Below, piece by piece: positions 19,915 through 29,585 of a stretch of DNA of 64,000 nucleotides. The position numbers and the translations under genes were made by a program. Origin of the DNA: an uncultured Planctomycetaceae bacterium (GTDB taxonomy: Bacteria; Planctomycetota; Planctomycetia; Isosphaerales; Isosphaeraceae); NCBI GenBank assembly GCA_963833985.1, contig CAWIAD010000001.1, positions 1,056,001-1,120,000 on the forward strand. Direction: 5' to 3'. Each line of letters starts with the position of its first letter. The stretch's first letter is position 1. Under the pieces are notes generated by a model. The model saw only the letters and a program-made list of their open reading frames with translations. It searched no databases and had not been told where the DNA came from.

Positions 19915-21312
19915 TCAGTACTCCTGAGTTTTGGTGATACCAGGGTTGGGAACCGGATACTTGCCGTCCTTGTCGGACTTGAGTGGCGCCGGCGACTCGG
20001 CGTTGAGCTTGTCGATGCCCGGCGCGAATTCATGCTTGCAATGCAGCATATCGTTGTACGTGATCACCTGGCCGGTGTGCGCGGCCATGCGACCCATCGA
20101 GGTCACCAGGCTGGCCTCGACGCCGCGCTTCACCTCGTTGTACGGCTTGTCCTTGCGGATAGCTTCGATGAGGTCGTTCCATTCGTTCAGGTACGCATCC
20201 TGCTCCTCGGGCTTGATCTTCGACTCCCAGACGAGGTCCGGGCGCCTCAGGCTCTGGGTCTTGTAGATGCTGGAGGGCTGGCCGATGTCGCCCCCCTTGG
20301 AGACAGTGGCCGCGCCCTTGGTACCGTGCAGGTGGCTCGAGTAAATCTGTTCGCAACCGAGCATGCAGCGTCCGTCGAAGAAGAACTTGGTACCGTCGGC
20401 ATAGGTGTATTCCACCGAGTAGGTATCGAAATTCTGATCGATGAACGGGATGCCCTCGGGGCTCTTCTTGTAGTGGCGGCCGCCGAGTGCCTGGGCCTTC
20501 ACCGGCCAGGCGTTCTTCATCCAGCACAGGTGGTCGATAATGTGGATGTAGAAATCGCTGAAGTTTCCGCCGCTCGCCCAGAGGAAGCTGTGGAACCGCT
20601 GGATCTGGTAGAAAAGCTCCTTCGTTCCCTGGGGGGTGGGCAATGACTCGAAGTAGCCACCCGGCCCATGCATGCGGTAGCCGCGCTGGAGGACGATCTC
20701 GCCGATCGCGCCGTCGTGCACCCGCTTGGCCAGTTCTTGCATCGCCCGGCTGTGCCGGGACATGAGCCCGACGCCGACCTTGAGGTTCTTCTTCGTTGCG
20801 GCCTCACCCAGCTCCATCATGCGCTTCGAGGTGGGCCCGTCCACGGTCACCGGCTTCTCCATGAAGACGTTCAGGCCCTTCTGGATCGCGTATGTGAAGT
20901 GCACCCAGCGGAAGGCCGGCGGGGTGGCGAAGATGGCCACGTCGCCCGGCTTCAGACAGTCCATCGCCTGCTTGTAGGCGTCGAACCCGACGAACTGCCG
21001 CTCGATCGGCACGTCGATCTTGTGGTACAGGCCCTTGTCTTCGTGGAGGTTCTTGTAGCTCTTCCAGAGCTTGTCCTCGAACAGGTCCGCCATGGCGACG
21101 AGCTGGATCGGCCCGCTGTTCGTGGACAGTGCATTGGCGGCCGCTCCCGTGCCACGCCCGCCACAGCCGATCAGGGCCACCCGGATCAAATCGGACCCCG
21201 CCGCGTGGACCGAGGGTACGGCCACGCTGGCAAGGGCGGAGGCAGCCGCCAGGCGGCCGGTGTTTTGCAGCAATTCACGGCGTGAGGAAACTGGACGGTT
21301 TACGTCCTTCAT
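19915..21312 (-). CDS. Gfo/Idh/MocA oxidoreductase with Tat signal
   Basis: SRRELL; IGCGGRGTGA; ATPPAFR; EKPV. Confidence 0.92.
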   Translation of the reverse strand: MKDVNRPVSSRRELLQNTGRLAAASALASVAVPSVHAAGSDLIRVALIGCGGRGTGAAANALSTNSGPIQLVAMADLFEDKLWKSYKNLHEDKGLYHKIDVPIERQFVGFDAYKQAMDCLKPGDVAIFATPPAFRWVHFTYAIQKGLNVFMEKPVTVDGPTSKRMMELGEAATKKNLKVGVGLMSRHSRAMQELAKRVHDGAIGEIVLQRGYRMHGPGGYFESLPTPQGTKELFYQIQRFHSFLWASGGNFSDFYIHIIDHLCWMKNAWPVKAQALGGRHYKKSPEGIPFIDQNFDTYSVEYTYADGTKFFFDGRCMLGCEQIYSSHLHGTKGAATVSKGGDIGQPSSIYKTQSLRRPDLVWESKIKPEEQDAYLNEWNDLIEAIRKDKPYNEVKRGVEASLVTSMGRMAAHTGQVITYNDMLHCKHEFAPGIDKLNAESPAPLKSDKDGKYPVPNPGITKTQEY

Positions 21313-21702
21313 GGTCGGGCTCCGATTGGGGAGGGTCCGTGCCCTGCGGTCGGTTCAGCGGGCCCCCAGGGTGGTAGGCGGGGAAACCAGGTAGGATCGC
21401 CAGGCGCGACGACCTTGCGTGACTGGAACATAGGGCCGCAGGCACCCTTCTGTCAAGGAGGGCGAGAGGCAATGCCCGCTCCGCCCGAGACCGCCCCAAC
21501 CGGGAGTGACAAGCGTCATGGCAGCAAGCCCTGGGGACGCGTATTGCGACGTCGGCCCGTGTGTCATCGCGTCGTCCCGCTCGCCCGAATGCCCCGGTCC
21601 CCAGGAGGGCAGAGGATCGACCGGGAAAACAAGTCTGCCGATGCCGCTTGCACGACGGCAAACTCAAGCGGCCGGAAGTTCATCGGGAAAGTCCTACTTG
21701 TC

Positions 21703-23304
21703 CTACTCCGGACGATAAACGTCGGGCACTTTCTCGACCTCGCCCAGCATCTCAAGTGCATGGTCCACGAGTTTTTCCAGCTCTTCGAGTTTTCCGTCCC
21801 TCGCCAGCGGCTGGGCGCCTTCCATGAGCTTGCCCACGGCCGAGGGATCCTTACCGCTGCCGTGCCAGCGCTCAACCCCCGCGCGCACGCGCTTCATCTT
21901 TGCCTGAATGCGGAACTGCGGTTGATCCATGGTGAGAGCCTTCTCCACCAGCGGTTGTCCCGCGAGGAACTTGCGATAGGCCGTGATGGCTTCCTGACTG
22001 TAGGCACTGTCCCGCAGGCGCCTGGGGAGATCCTCGCCGGTGGCCCCCATATTCACACCCATGAGAACGCAGCCGTGGTTGTAGTGCCAGGCGAGGTAAG
22101 TCTCCCAATCCACGACGGAGCCGGGAATGCCGGCGTTTGCCTCGACGCCCGCCCATGCGGGATTCCCGTGCTTCGCCAGCTCATCATAGATGGGTTTGAA
22201 GCTCTCCCCGAGAACACCGACCGCATAGGTGGTCCAGCCTGGCCGGGAGCACTTGTTGAAGGCCGTCCAGATGGGAGCGTTCATGACCTCGATGGGTGCG
22301 GGCGCGGCGACGTGGGGGTAAAGCTGCTCCGCGGGGATGCCGGCAGCGACGAACTGCTCGCACCAGAACGCGACGGTTTCCTGAATGACCGCCGCGAGGG
22401 CCTTCCGAAAATCCTCAGGTGGATTTGCTGCGCTGAAGCCGCGATCCAGGAGCGCCCTGTAGCCGAGCGGTTTCGCGGGCGCATCATCTTCTTTCATCAT
22501 CCTCTTGAGGTCGGAATTCGGGCTAGAGTAGTCGTCGATGCTTGGCTCCGAACCCACCAGCACTCCCGCGAAAAGAGCTTCCTTGCCTTCTGCCTTGAGC
22601 CTGGCGACCTCCTCGCGGAGGACCGGCCCGATGACGCTCGAGACAAGCCGCGTGACCTCGGCTCGCATCCGTTTGCTCGTGAAGCACATGTTCGGTGGCA
22701 GGCGCTCCAGCACACCATGGTTCAGGTAGTGCACCTTGTTCGGAGGTCCGTCCCAGCCGTGCCACTCGACGTTGAACTTGTTGTTCGGGTTGTAACCCGG
22801 CCTGTGCGGGTCGAACCAGTTCCAGAGGTCCGGGCGGCTCTTCCAGGCAAGATGGAGATCGAAATGCAGCATCACCGCCATGTCGTGCGCATGCGCCGCG
22901 GTGAATGCGCTGCGAATCAGCCTGGGCAATTGCTTTTCGAGCTCATAGGTCGCGATGGGGAGGCCGAAGCCCAGCAGCCGGGTCTTGCCGTCGCCCTTCA
23001 CGCCGACCCGCTCGGCCAGTTCCCCTGCTTTCTCCGGGTCACTCCAGAAGATGAGGTATTTTGGTTTTCCCGGCGTGGCAGGTGCCTTGCTGCCCGCAGG
23101 CGGGTCCAGAGTGCCTGGCTCCCGCGCATCTGCCGGGGCACAGGCCAGCAAAGAGATGACCAGCTCCATCACGGTCCACGCGGTCCCTGTCCGTCTCCCG
23201 TCGAGGACACGATGCGAACGACGAAGCAGCGAATGCACCAGGCGGTCCGGCTTGTGACCTCGAAAGCATTGAGAGTGACTTCCGCTCGTCTCGACTTTGG
23301 CCAT
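21703..23304 (-). CDS. Hypothetical secreted protein, possible TIM-barrel glycoside hydrolase (start uncertain)
   Basis: Long ORF with Trp-rich motifs (RPDLWNWFD, VEWHGW), GSEP and VEAN; divergent from the GH35 gene. Confidence 0.55.
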   Translation of the reverse strand: MAKVETSGSHSQCFRGHKPDRLVHSLLRRSHRVLDGRRTGTAWTVMELVISLLACAPADAREPGTLDPPAGSKAPATPGKPKYLIFWSDPEKAGELAERVGVKGDGKTRLLGFGLPIATYELEKQLPRLIRSAFTAAHAHDMAVMLHFDLHLAWKSRPDLWNWFDPHRPGYNPNNKFNVEWHGWDGPPNKVHYLNHGVLERLPPNMCFTSKRMRAEVTRLVSSVIGPVLREEVARLKAEGKEALFAGVLVGSEPSIDDYSSPNSDLKRMMKEDDAPAKPLGYRALLDRGFSAANPPEDFRKALAAVIQETVAFWCEQFVAAGIPAEQLYPHVAAPAPIEVMNAPIWTAFNKCSRPGWTTYAVGVLGESFKPIYDELAKHGNPAWAGVEANAGIPGSVVDWETYLAWHYNHGCVLMGVNMGATGEDLPRRLRDSAYSQEAITAYRKFLAGQPLVEKALTMDQPQFRIQAKMKRVRAGVERWHGSGKDPSAVGKLMEGAQPLARDGKLEELEKLVDHALEMLGEVEKVPDVYRPE

Positions 23305-23562
23305 GTTTCGAGCTACCGAATGCAGGTGTCGAATGGGCGTTGGCCTCTGTTGCCCGCCGCCGGGCGACCGGCTCCGGCCCGTCTGGCTACCAGTCTAACA
23401 GGACGCTGTCCCGCGGCGATCACTTGACGCGCACGACCGTGACGCCGAGCTCGCCGACCGGAAGTCAGGCGACAGGCGTCTTGTTGTGAGCCGATTGTAT
23501 TCCCCGGACGGTTTTCGGATGATCGGGACGCCCGAAGCCCCGCAAACCCCACGGACTCTGCC

Positions 23563-25914
23563 ATGAGCCCGAAAAGAATCGCTCTGCTTCTGCGGCTGAT
23601 CCTGGCACTTTCGGTTGCATGGCTGGCACCGGCCACCCGGGGCGCCGGACTGCCGACGAGGTCGCCGCACACCGTCGCCATCGGCCCGCGTGACTTCCTG
23701 GTCGACGGCCAGCCGCTCCAGATTCGCTGCGGCGAGATGCACGCCCCGCGTGTGCCCGGGGAGTACTGGCACCACCGGCTGAAGATGCTCCGGTCGATGG
23801 GGCTCAACGCCGTTTGCGCCTATCTCTTCTGGAATCTTCACGAGCCGCGCCCGGGACAGTTCGTGTGGGAGGGTCAAGCCGACGCCGCGGCCTTCTGCCG
23901 GGCCGCGCAGGAGGAGGGCCTCTGGGTCCTCTTACGCCCCGGGCCGTACTCCTGCGCCGAGTGGGAGATGGGCGGCCTCCCCTGGTGGTTGCTCAAGCAC
24001 GACGATATCAAGCTGCGCACGCGCGACCCGCACTTCCTTGGCCCTGCCACCCGCTACCTCAAGGAGGTCGGCCGGCAGCTCGCGCCGCTTCAAGCCACCC
24101 GCGGCGGGCCGATCCTGCTCGTGCAGGTGGAGAACGAGTATGGGTCCTACGGCGCTGATCCCGCTTACATGGGGGCACTGCGTTCCGCACTCCTCGAGGC
24201 TGGATTCGACGTGCCCCTCTTCGCTTGCAATCCGCCGGGCGACCTCCGGCGCGGCTACCGTGACGACCTGCTGCCCGTTGTGAACTTCGGCTCCGACCCG
24301 GCCGGCGGATTCAGGGCACTGCGTGCGCTGCGGCCCGCGGGCCCGCTCATGTGCGGCGAGTTCTACCCGGGCTGGTTCGACACATGGGGCTTCCCGCATC
24401 ATCTCGGCAACACCGAGCGCTACCTGAAAGACCTCGCGGTCATGCTCGAAGCGGGCGCCTCCTTCAGCATCTACATGGCGCACGGCGGGACGACGTTCGG
24501 CCTCTGGTCGGGGGCCGACCGGCCGTTCAAGCCCGACACCTCCAGCTACGACTATGACGCGCCGATCTCCGAGGCTGGCTGGCCGACCGCCAAGTTCACC
24601 AGGACCCGCGACCTGATGAGAGCATACCTCAAGCCGGGGGAAACACTCCCGGACCCACCCGCACGTAACCCGGTGATCGCCGTGGCGGCGGTGGCGGCGC
24701 AGGAGCGAGCGCTGTTGCTCGAGAATGAGAATCTGCCCGAGCCGATCCACGACGCTTTGCCCCACACGATGGAGCATTACGACCAGGGCTTCGGCTTGAT
24801 CCTCTATCGCACGCGACTCCCCGCAGGCCCCGCTGCCACGCTGGAGGCGGCAGCGGTCCATGACCTTGGCATCGCCTCTCTCGACGGCCGCATGGTCGGC
24901 GTGATGGACCGGCGCAACCGTTCCTTCCGGCTCACGCTCCCCGAACGGAAGGCCCCGGCAGTTCTCGATCTGCTCATCGAGGCCATGGGCCGCGTGAACT
25001 TCGGACCGGAAGTCCACGACCGCAAGGGGCTGCACGCGCCCGTGCGGCTCGCCGGGGAGCCACTCTCGGGCTGGGAGGTGTATCGGGTTCCGCTGGAAGC
25101 GGGCCCGCCGTCCGGCCTCAAGTTCAAGGCTGCGGGCCCGGATCGGAACGGTGCGGCCTTCTCGCGCGTGGCGCTTCATGTGCCCGCGCCGGGCGACACG
25201 TTCCTCGACATGTCGCCCTGGGGTAAGGGGGTGGCCTGGATCAACGGCCACTGCCTCGGGCGGTTCTGGAACATCGGGCCAACGCAAACGATGTACGTCC
25301 CCGGCCCATGGCTCAGGCGAGGACGCAACGAGGTGGTGATCTTCGACCTGATCGGGCCCCGGGAGGCGGTCGTCCAGGGGTTGAAAGTGCCGGTACTTGA
25401 CCGACTGCGGCCCGAGCTCGATCCTTCGCACCGCCAGCGCACGGCCTTGAACGGCACGGTCGTCGGCGTGACCGCATTGAGCGGGCAATTCGCCCCGGGT
25501 GCCGACGCGCAGGTCGTCCGATTTGCCAGGCTCGTGACTGGCCGGTACGTCGCGCTGGAGTCCCTCAGTGCCCACGACGGCAAGCCGTATGCTGCGATCG
25601 CCGAGCTCTCGCTGCTCGACGCCAGTGGGACGCCGCTCCACCAGGAAGGTTGGGCCGTCGCGGGGGTCGATAGCGAGGAACTCTCACGCGAGGACGGCTC
25701 CGCCGAGAACGCACTGGATGGCCAGGCGGCCACCTTCTGGCACACTCAGTGGAGCGATGCTGCGCCCGGCCACCCGCACCGGCTGGTGATCGACCTGGGC
25801 GTAAGCAGGGCCATCGGCGGTGTGCGATACTTGCCGCGCCCCGGTGCCGGCGCGGTCGGTGGCCGCATCAAGGACTACCGCGTGATCATCGGCGACCGGC
25901 TGATCCGCCCCTGA
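23563..25914 (+). CDS. Beta-galactosidase GH35 with C-terminal F5/8 (CBM32-like) domain
   Basis: GEMH, YLFWNLHEP, RPGPYSCAEWEMGG, QVENEYG, GEFYPGWF, YMAHGGT, SYDYDAP, NALDG...FWHT. Confidence 0.95.
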   Translation: MSPKRIALLLRLILALSVAWLAPATRGAGLPTRSPHTVAIGPRDFLVDGQPLQIRCGEMHAPRVPGEYWHHRLKMLRSMGLNAVCAYLFWNLHEPRPGQFVWEGQADAAAFCRAAQEEGLWVLLRPGPYSCAEWEMGGLPWWLLKHDDIKLRTRDPHFLGPATRYLKEVGRQLAPLQATRGGPILLVQVENEYGSYGADPAYMGALRSALLEAGFDVPLFACNPPGDLRRGYRDDLLPVVNFGSDPAGGFRALRALRPAGPLMCGEFYPGWFDTWGFPHHLGNTERYLKDLAVMLEAGASFSIYMAHGGTTFGLWSGADRPFKPDTSSYDYDAPISEAGWPTAKFTRTRDLMRAYLKPGETLPDPPARNPVIAVAAVAAQERALLLENENLPEPIHDALPHTMEHYDQGFGLILYRTRLPAGPAATLEAAAVHDLGIASLDGRMVGVMDRRNRSFRLTLPERKAPAVLDLLIEAMGRVNFGPEVHDRKGLHAPVRLAGEPLSGWEVYRVPLEAGPPSGLKFKAAGPDRNGAAFSRVALHVPAPGDTFLDMSPWGKGVAWINGHCLGRFWNIGPTQTMYVPGPWLRRGRNEVVIFDLIGPREAVVQGLKVPVLDRLRPELDPSHRQRTALNGTVVGVTALSGQFAPGADAQVVRFARLVTGRYVALESLSAHDGKPYAAIAELSLLDASGTPLHQEGWAVAGVDSEELSREDGSAENALDGQAATFWHTQWSDAAPGHPHRLVIDLGVSRAIGGVRYLPRPGAGAVGGRIKDYRVIIGDRLIRP

Positions 25915-26007
25915 GCGAGGCAAGGAGGTCAAGGGAAATTGTAGGTCCGAGGGGGCTTTCTTGATCATCCATCGCAGAATGAGCATTTGAAGCGGATATT
26001 CGGACCT

Positions 26008-26278
26008 GGGCAGACAGGAATGTCTGCCCCCCCTCTGTCAGCTCAGGGGGACAGGCATTCCTGCCTGTCAACTCTGGCAATGGGGCAAAGTGTGAACCTG
26101 GGCAGACAGGAATGTCTGCCCCGCTCTGGGCTGCTGGGCTGGGGGGACAGGCATTCCTGCCTGTCAACTTTCTGCCTGCCTGTCAACCTTCTGTCATTGG
26201 GGCCATGTGTTATTCCTGGGCAGACAGGAATGTCTGCCCCCCTCTGACAGCACTGGGGGACAGGCATTCTTCCCTGTC
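26008..26278. repeat. REP doublet (REPIN/BIME-like) array, left: 3 pairs
   Basis: Alternating palindromes gggcagacaggaatgtctgccc and gacaggcattcctgcctgtc in inverted orientation. Confidence 0.9.
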
Positions 26279-26299
26279 GATTTCGGGGAGGCGAGCCGC

Positions 26300-26764
26300 A
26301 TGAATCCAGAAATCGAGCCCACACTCCACAAATCGCGGAGATGCCTGCCTCACTGGGAGCTTTCGGGCAGCACGTACTTCGTGACCTTCCGGCTCGCCTG
26401 TAACACTCTCTTACCCGAGGAACGCGGGCTTGTTCTGGACCATGTCCGGAGTGGAGCGGGAAGTTATTATCGGCTGGCGGCGGTGGTGGTGATGCCAGAT
26501 CATGTGCACCTGGTCTTGCGGCCCGAACATGGTTTCACGCTGTCCCGGGTCCTCAAAGGTATCAAGGGGGTTTCGGCTCGGTTGCTTAACCAGCGCCGAG
26601 GGCTTCGGGGAGCCGTCTGGCAGGATGAGTCCTGGGACCGGATCATCCGCGATGAGAAGGAGTTCGTGTCGGTGCTTCAGTACCTTGAAGAGAACCCGGT
26701 CCGTACGGGCCTCTGTCAGAGTCCTGAGGAATACTCATGGCTTTTCATTGATAAGGACCTCTAG
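26300..26764 (+). mobile_element. REP-associated tyrosine transposase (RAYT, HUH/Y1)
   Basis: RRCLPHW, YFVTFRL, VVMPDHVH (HUH), WQDESWDRIIRDE, YLEENPV; flanked by REPs. Confidence 0.92.
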
Positions 26765-26981
26765 CATTCCTGCCTCTCAATCTCCGGACAGTTGGGCAAT
26801 GTGTCAACTCCTGGGCAGACAGGAATGACTCCCCCCTCTGGGCTGGGGGGACAGGCATTCCTGCCTGTCAACCTTCTGCCTGACTGCCTATCTTCTGTCA
26901 TTGGGGCCATGTGTTATCCCCGGGCAGGCAGGAATGTCTGCCCCCCCCTCTGGGCTGGGGGGACAGGCATTCCTGCCTGTC
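26764..26981. repeat. REP doublet array, right: 2 pairs plus a partial unit
   Basis: Same two palindromes; spacer ttctgtcattggggccatgtgttat is shared with the left array. Confidence 0.9.
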
Positions 26982-26991
26982 AACCTACGGC

Positions 26992-28029
26992 TTAGCCAGA
27001 GGCTTCCAGGCGGCGTCCCAGCTCGTCGAAGGTGGAGGGGACGTCGCGATCAAACACGAACTGAGCGGGCATGCCGACGATGCGGCTGGCCCCGAGCGCC
27101 AGAAGAGGCCGCTGGCAGGCGGAGAGCTTGCGGGCGGGGACCAGGGCGGTGACCCGCCAGCCCGGTTGGCCTTCGTCGTCCCAGACCTCGCCACGCACCA
27201 GGTGCTGTGCACCCTGGTCGCGCAGGAAGCGCGCCGCCTCGATGGCAGGCCCGGGTCCCGGCCCGGGAGCGGCCGGGCCGCCCACGACCTCCAGATGCAG
27301 CAGTTCCTCGGATCGCCGCACGCCGTCGATGGCGTCCAGCAGCAGAGCCAGCGGACCGCTCTCCCCCTCGGCCATCAGCGCCGCCAGCGAAGGCGCGTGC
27401 CCGATCAGGCAGGCTGCCGACTCCAGTACCGTCCCGCCTTTGATCTCGCGCAGGCGATTGTCCTTGAGGGTCGTGCCGGAGCTGGTCAGGTCCACGATGA
27501 TGTCGGCGATGCCCAGGCTGGGATGAAGCTCCAGCGCGCCTTCGGAGTCGATCAACTGGTAGTAGTAGATGCCCCACTTGCGGAAGTACTGCCGTACCAG
27601 AGCAGGGTACTTGGTGGAGACGCGGAAGGTCTTGCCGGCGATCTTGAACTCGGTCGTCAGGTCTACCAGGTCCATGATGTGGCTGACGTCGATCCAGCTC
27701 TCGGGCACTGCGACGACCAGCCGGCAGCCCCCGTAGCCCAGATCGGGCACGACGACCGTGGTCTGCTCGGCCTCGAAGGCCTGTTCCGCGTACACGTCCA
27801 TGCCGGTGACGCCCAGGTGACACCGGCCCTCCTGCACCTGGATCACGATGTCCGAGGGCCGCATGAAGACGACGTGGAACCGGCCCTGACCGGCGATCGT
27901 CGCCTCGTACTGGCGGTCGCTGGTCCTGCGGACCTTGTAGCCGGCAATCCGCAGCAGCTCCACCACGCCGTCGTAGAGGTGCCCCTTCGAGGGGATGGCC
28001 AGGCGAATGGGGTCCACGGCAAGGCTCAT
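26992..28029 (-). CDS. hisG: ATP phosphoribosyltransferase
   Basis: IRLAIPSKG, RPSDI, GVTGMD, LGYGGCRLVVAVP, STKYP, GALE, DIIVDLTSSGTTLKDN. Confidence 0.93.
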   Translation of the reverse strand: MSLAVDPIRLAIPSKGHLYDGVVELLRIAGYKVRRTSDRQYEATIAGQGRFHVVFMRPSDIVIQVQEGRCHLGVTGMDVYAEQAFEAEQTTVVVPDLGYGGCRLVVAVPESWIDVSHIMDLVDLTTEFKIAGKTFRVSTKYPALVRQYFRKWGIYYYQLIDSEGALELHPSLGIADIIVDLTSSGTTLKDNRLREIKGGTVLESAACLIGHAPSLAALMAEGESGPLALLLDAIDGVRRSEELLHLEVVGGPAAPGPGPGPAIEAARFLRDQGAQHLVRGEVWDDEGQPGWRVTALVPARKLSACQRPLLALGASRIVGMPAQFVFDRDVPSTFDELGRRLEASG

Positions 28030-29585
28030 GGTCGGTCGCCCCGGAATACGGCCAGGCGGGCGCGCATCTGGTCAATCAGCTCGCCCTCGCGGACCGAGCG
28101 TACCTCGCCATTCTCCAGGTTCCAGAGGTCGATCGCCCGGCCGACGGTGACCACCGCGTGGTAGCCCAGGGCGCGGGCCTGGTCGATCGCGGCCTGGAAT
28201 TCGAGACCGGACACCACCACGGGCAGCTCGATGCGCTCACGCAAGAACGTCGCCAGGTCGATCGTCGCGGGAGTGATGTCGTCCTGCCTGCCGCTGGTCA
28301 CCAGGTAGCCGCGGAGGCCCCTGGAGGCTGCGCTGGCTGCGCGTTCGCGCATTTGCAGGACCTCGTCGAGCCGTTCCAGGCCGAAGGCGAAACCCGCGCC
28401 GCGGTCGTCGCGCGAACTTCCCAGCACGCGTGCCAGGCCGTCGTAACGGCCCCCACCGCACACCTCGACCGGTCCCGCGGGAGTCGGCACCACAACCTCG
28501 AAGATCATCTGGGTATAGAAGCCGATCCCGCGGCCGAAGCCCAGGTCCAGCTCGACGCGGTCCGGATCGACCCCGTGGTGCCCCAGCATGTCGCAGAGGG
28601 CACGAAGCGCCGCGACGGAATCCGGGGCGTGCGAGGCGTATTCGCTCTGGAGATGGTCCAGTACGGCGACAGCCGGCCCGCGCAGGTCGGCCAGCTGGTG
28701 CACCTGATTGCGCACCTGCGCCAGCACCGTGCTCAGGCAGTGGCCGAGGTCCCATTTGCGCCTCAGCCGGTCGATGATCTCGCCCGCCGAGCGACGGCCG
28801 GTGACGTCGGGGACAAGCTGGCGGAAGAGGCGGTCCGCCACGGGTGCGTCGCCTGGCCCGGCGTCCGGCGGCCAGTTCGTTGTGGGGTCCTGCTCGGTCT
28901 GCAACCAGCCGGAGAGGCGGTGCAAGGCCGATTCGATGGCCCGCACGCTCTGGCCGTCGGCCGCGGCCTCGCTGAGCGACTCGACCAGGGCCGCCGTGGC
29001 CGCGGGAGGAAGGCCGGACCGGCTCAAAAGCTCGAGGATCAATCCCACATGGCCAATGCGGACGGCCGCATTGCCGATCCCCAGCGCCCGCAGCGTCCAG
29101 TCGGCCAGCCAGATGACCTCGGCATCGAAGGCCGGCCCGCCGACGCCAAGCAGCTCAACGCCCACCTGGGTGAACTCGCGATCGCGCAAGGGGCCCGTGG
29201 GCTGAAACCGGAATACCGGCCCGGACATGCTCACGCGGGCGGGCAGGGGGGGGGACACCCTGGCCTCGGCATAGGCGCGCACGATGCTGGCGGTGAGCTC
29301 CGGCCGCAGACAGATCGCACTCGTACCGCCGCCGGCGATCTCGAACAGCCGGGCCACAATTCCCGCGCCGCTCTTGCGCTCATGCAGCTCCGAGAACTCG
29401 AGGACAGGGGTCCGCATGGGCTCGTAGCCGGCCCGGCGGAACTGATCGAGCAGCAGCCGCTCGAGCGTGGCCAGCCGGCCAAAGTCGCCCGGGAGCCAGT
29501 CTCTGGTACCGCGCACCTGGCCGACAGGGCGTTCGCTGGCAACAGCCGGGTCGGACGCGAAAGGCTTGGCTGTGCTGGCGTTCAT
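28026..29585 (-). CDS. hisZ: ATP phosphoribosyltransferase regulatory subunit (HisRS paralog)
   Basis: LRPELTAS, REFTQVGVE, RGIGFYT, GGGRYD, GFAFG; lies between hisS and hisG. Confidence 0.8.
   Translation of the reverse strand: MNASTAKPFASDPAVASERPVGQVRGTRDWLPGDFGRLATLERLLLDQFRRAGYEPMRTPVLEFSELHERKSGAGIVARLFEIAGGGTSAICLRPELTASIVRAYAEARVSPPLPARVSMSGPVFRFQPTGPLRDREFTQVGVELLGVGGPAFDAEVIWLADWTLRALGIGNAAVRIGHVGLILELLSRSGLPPAATAALVESLSEAAADGQSVRAIESALHRLSGWLQTEQDPTTNWPPDAGPGDAPVADRLFRQLVPDVTGRRSAGEIIDRLRRKWDLGHCLSTVLAQVRNQVHQLADLRGPAVAVLDHLQSEYASHAPDSVAALRALCDMLGHHGVDPDRVELDLGFGRGIGFYTQMIFEVVVPTPAGPVEVCGGGRYDGLARVLGSSRDDRGAGFAFGLERLDEVLQMRERAASAASRGLRGYLVTSGRQDDITPATIDLATFLRERIELPVVVSGLEFQAAIDQARALGYHAVVTVGRAIDLWNLENGEVRSVREGELIDQMRARLAVFRGDRP

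Noticed and set aside
26008..26981. CRISPR array
   Set aside because: Units alternate in inverted orientation, spacers recur, there are no cas genes, and a RAYT lies in the middle; these are REPs
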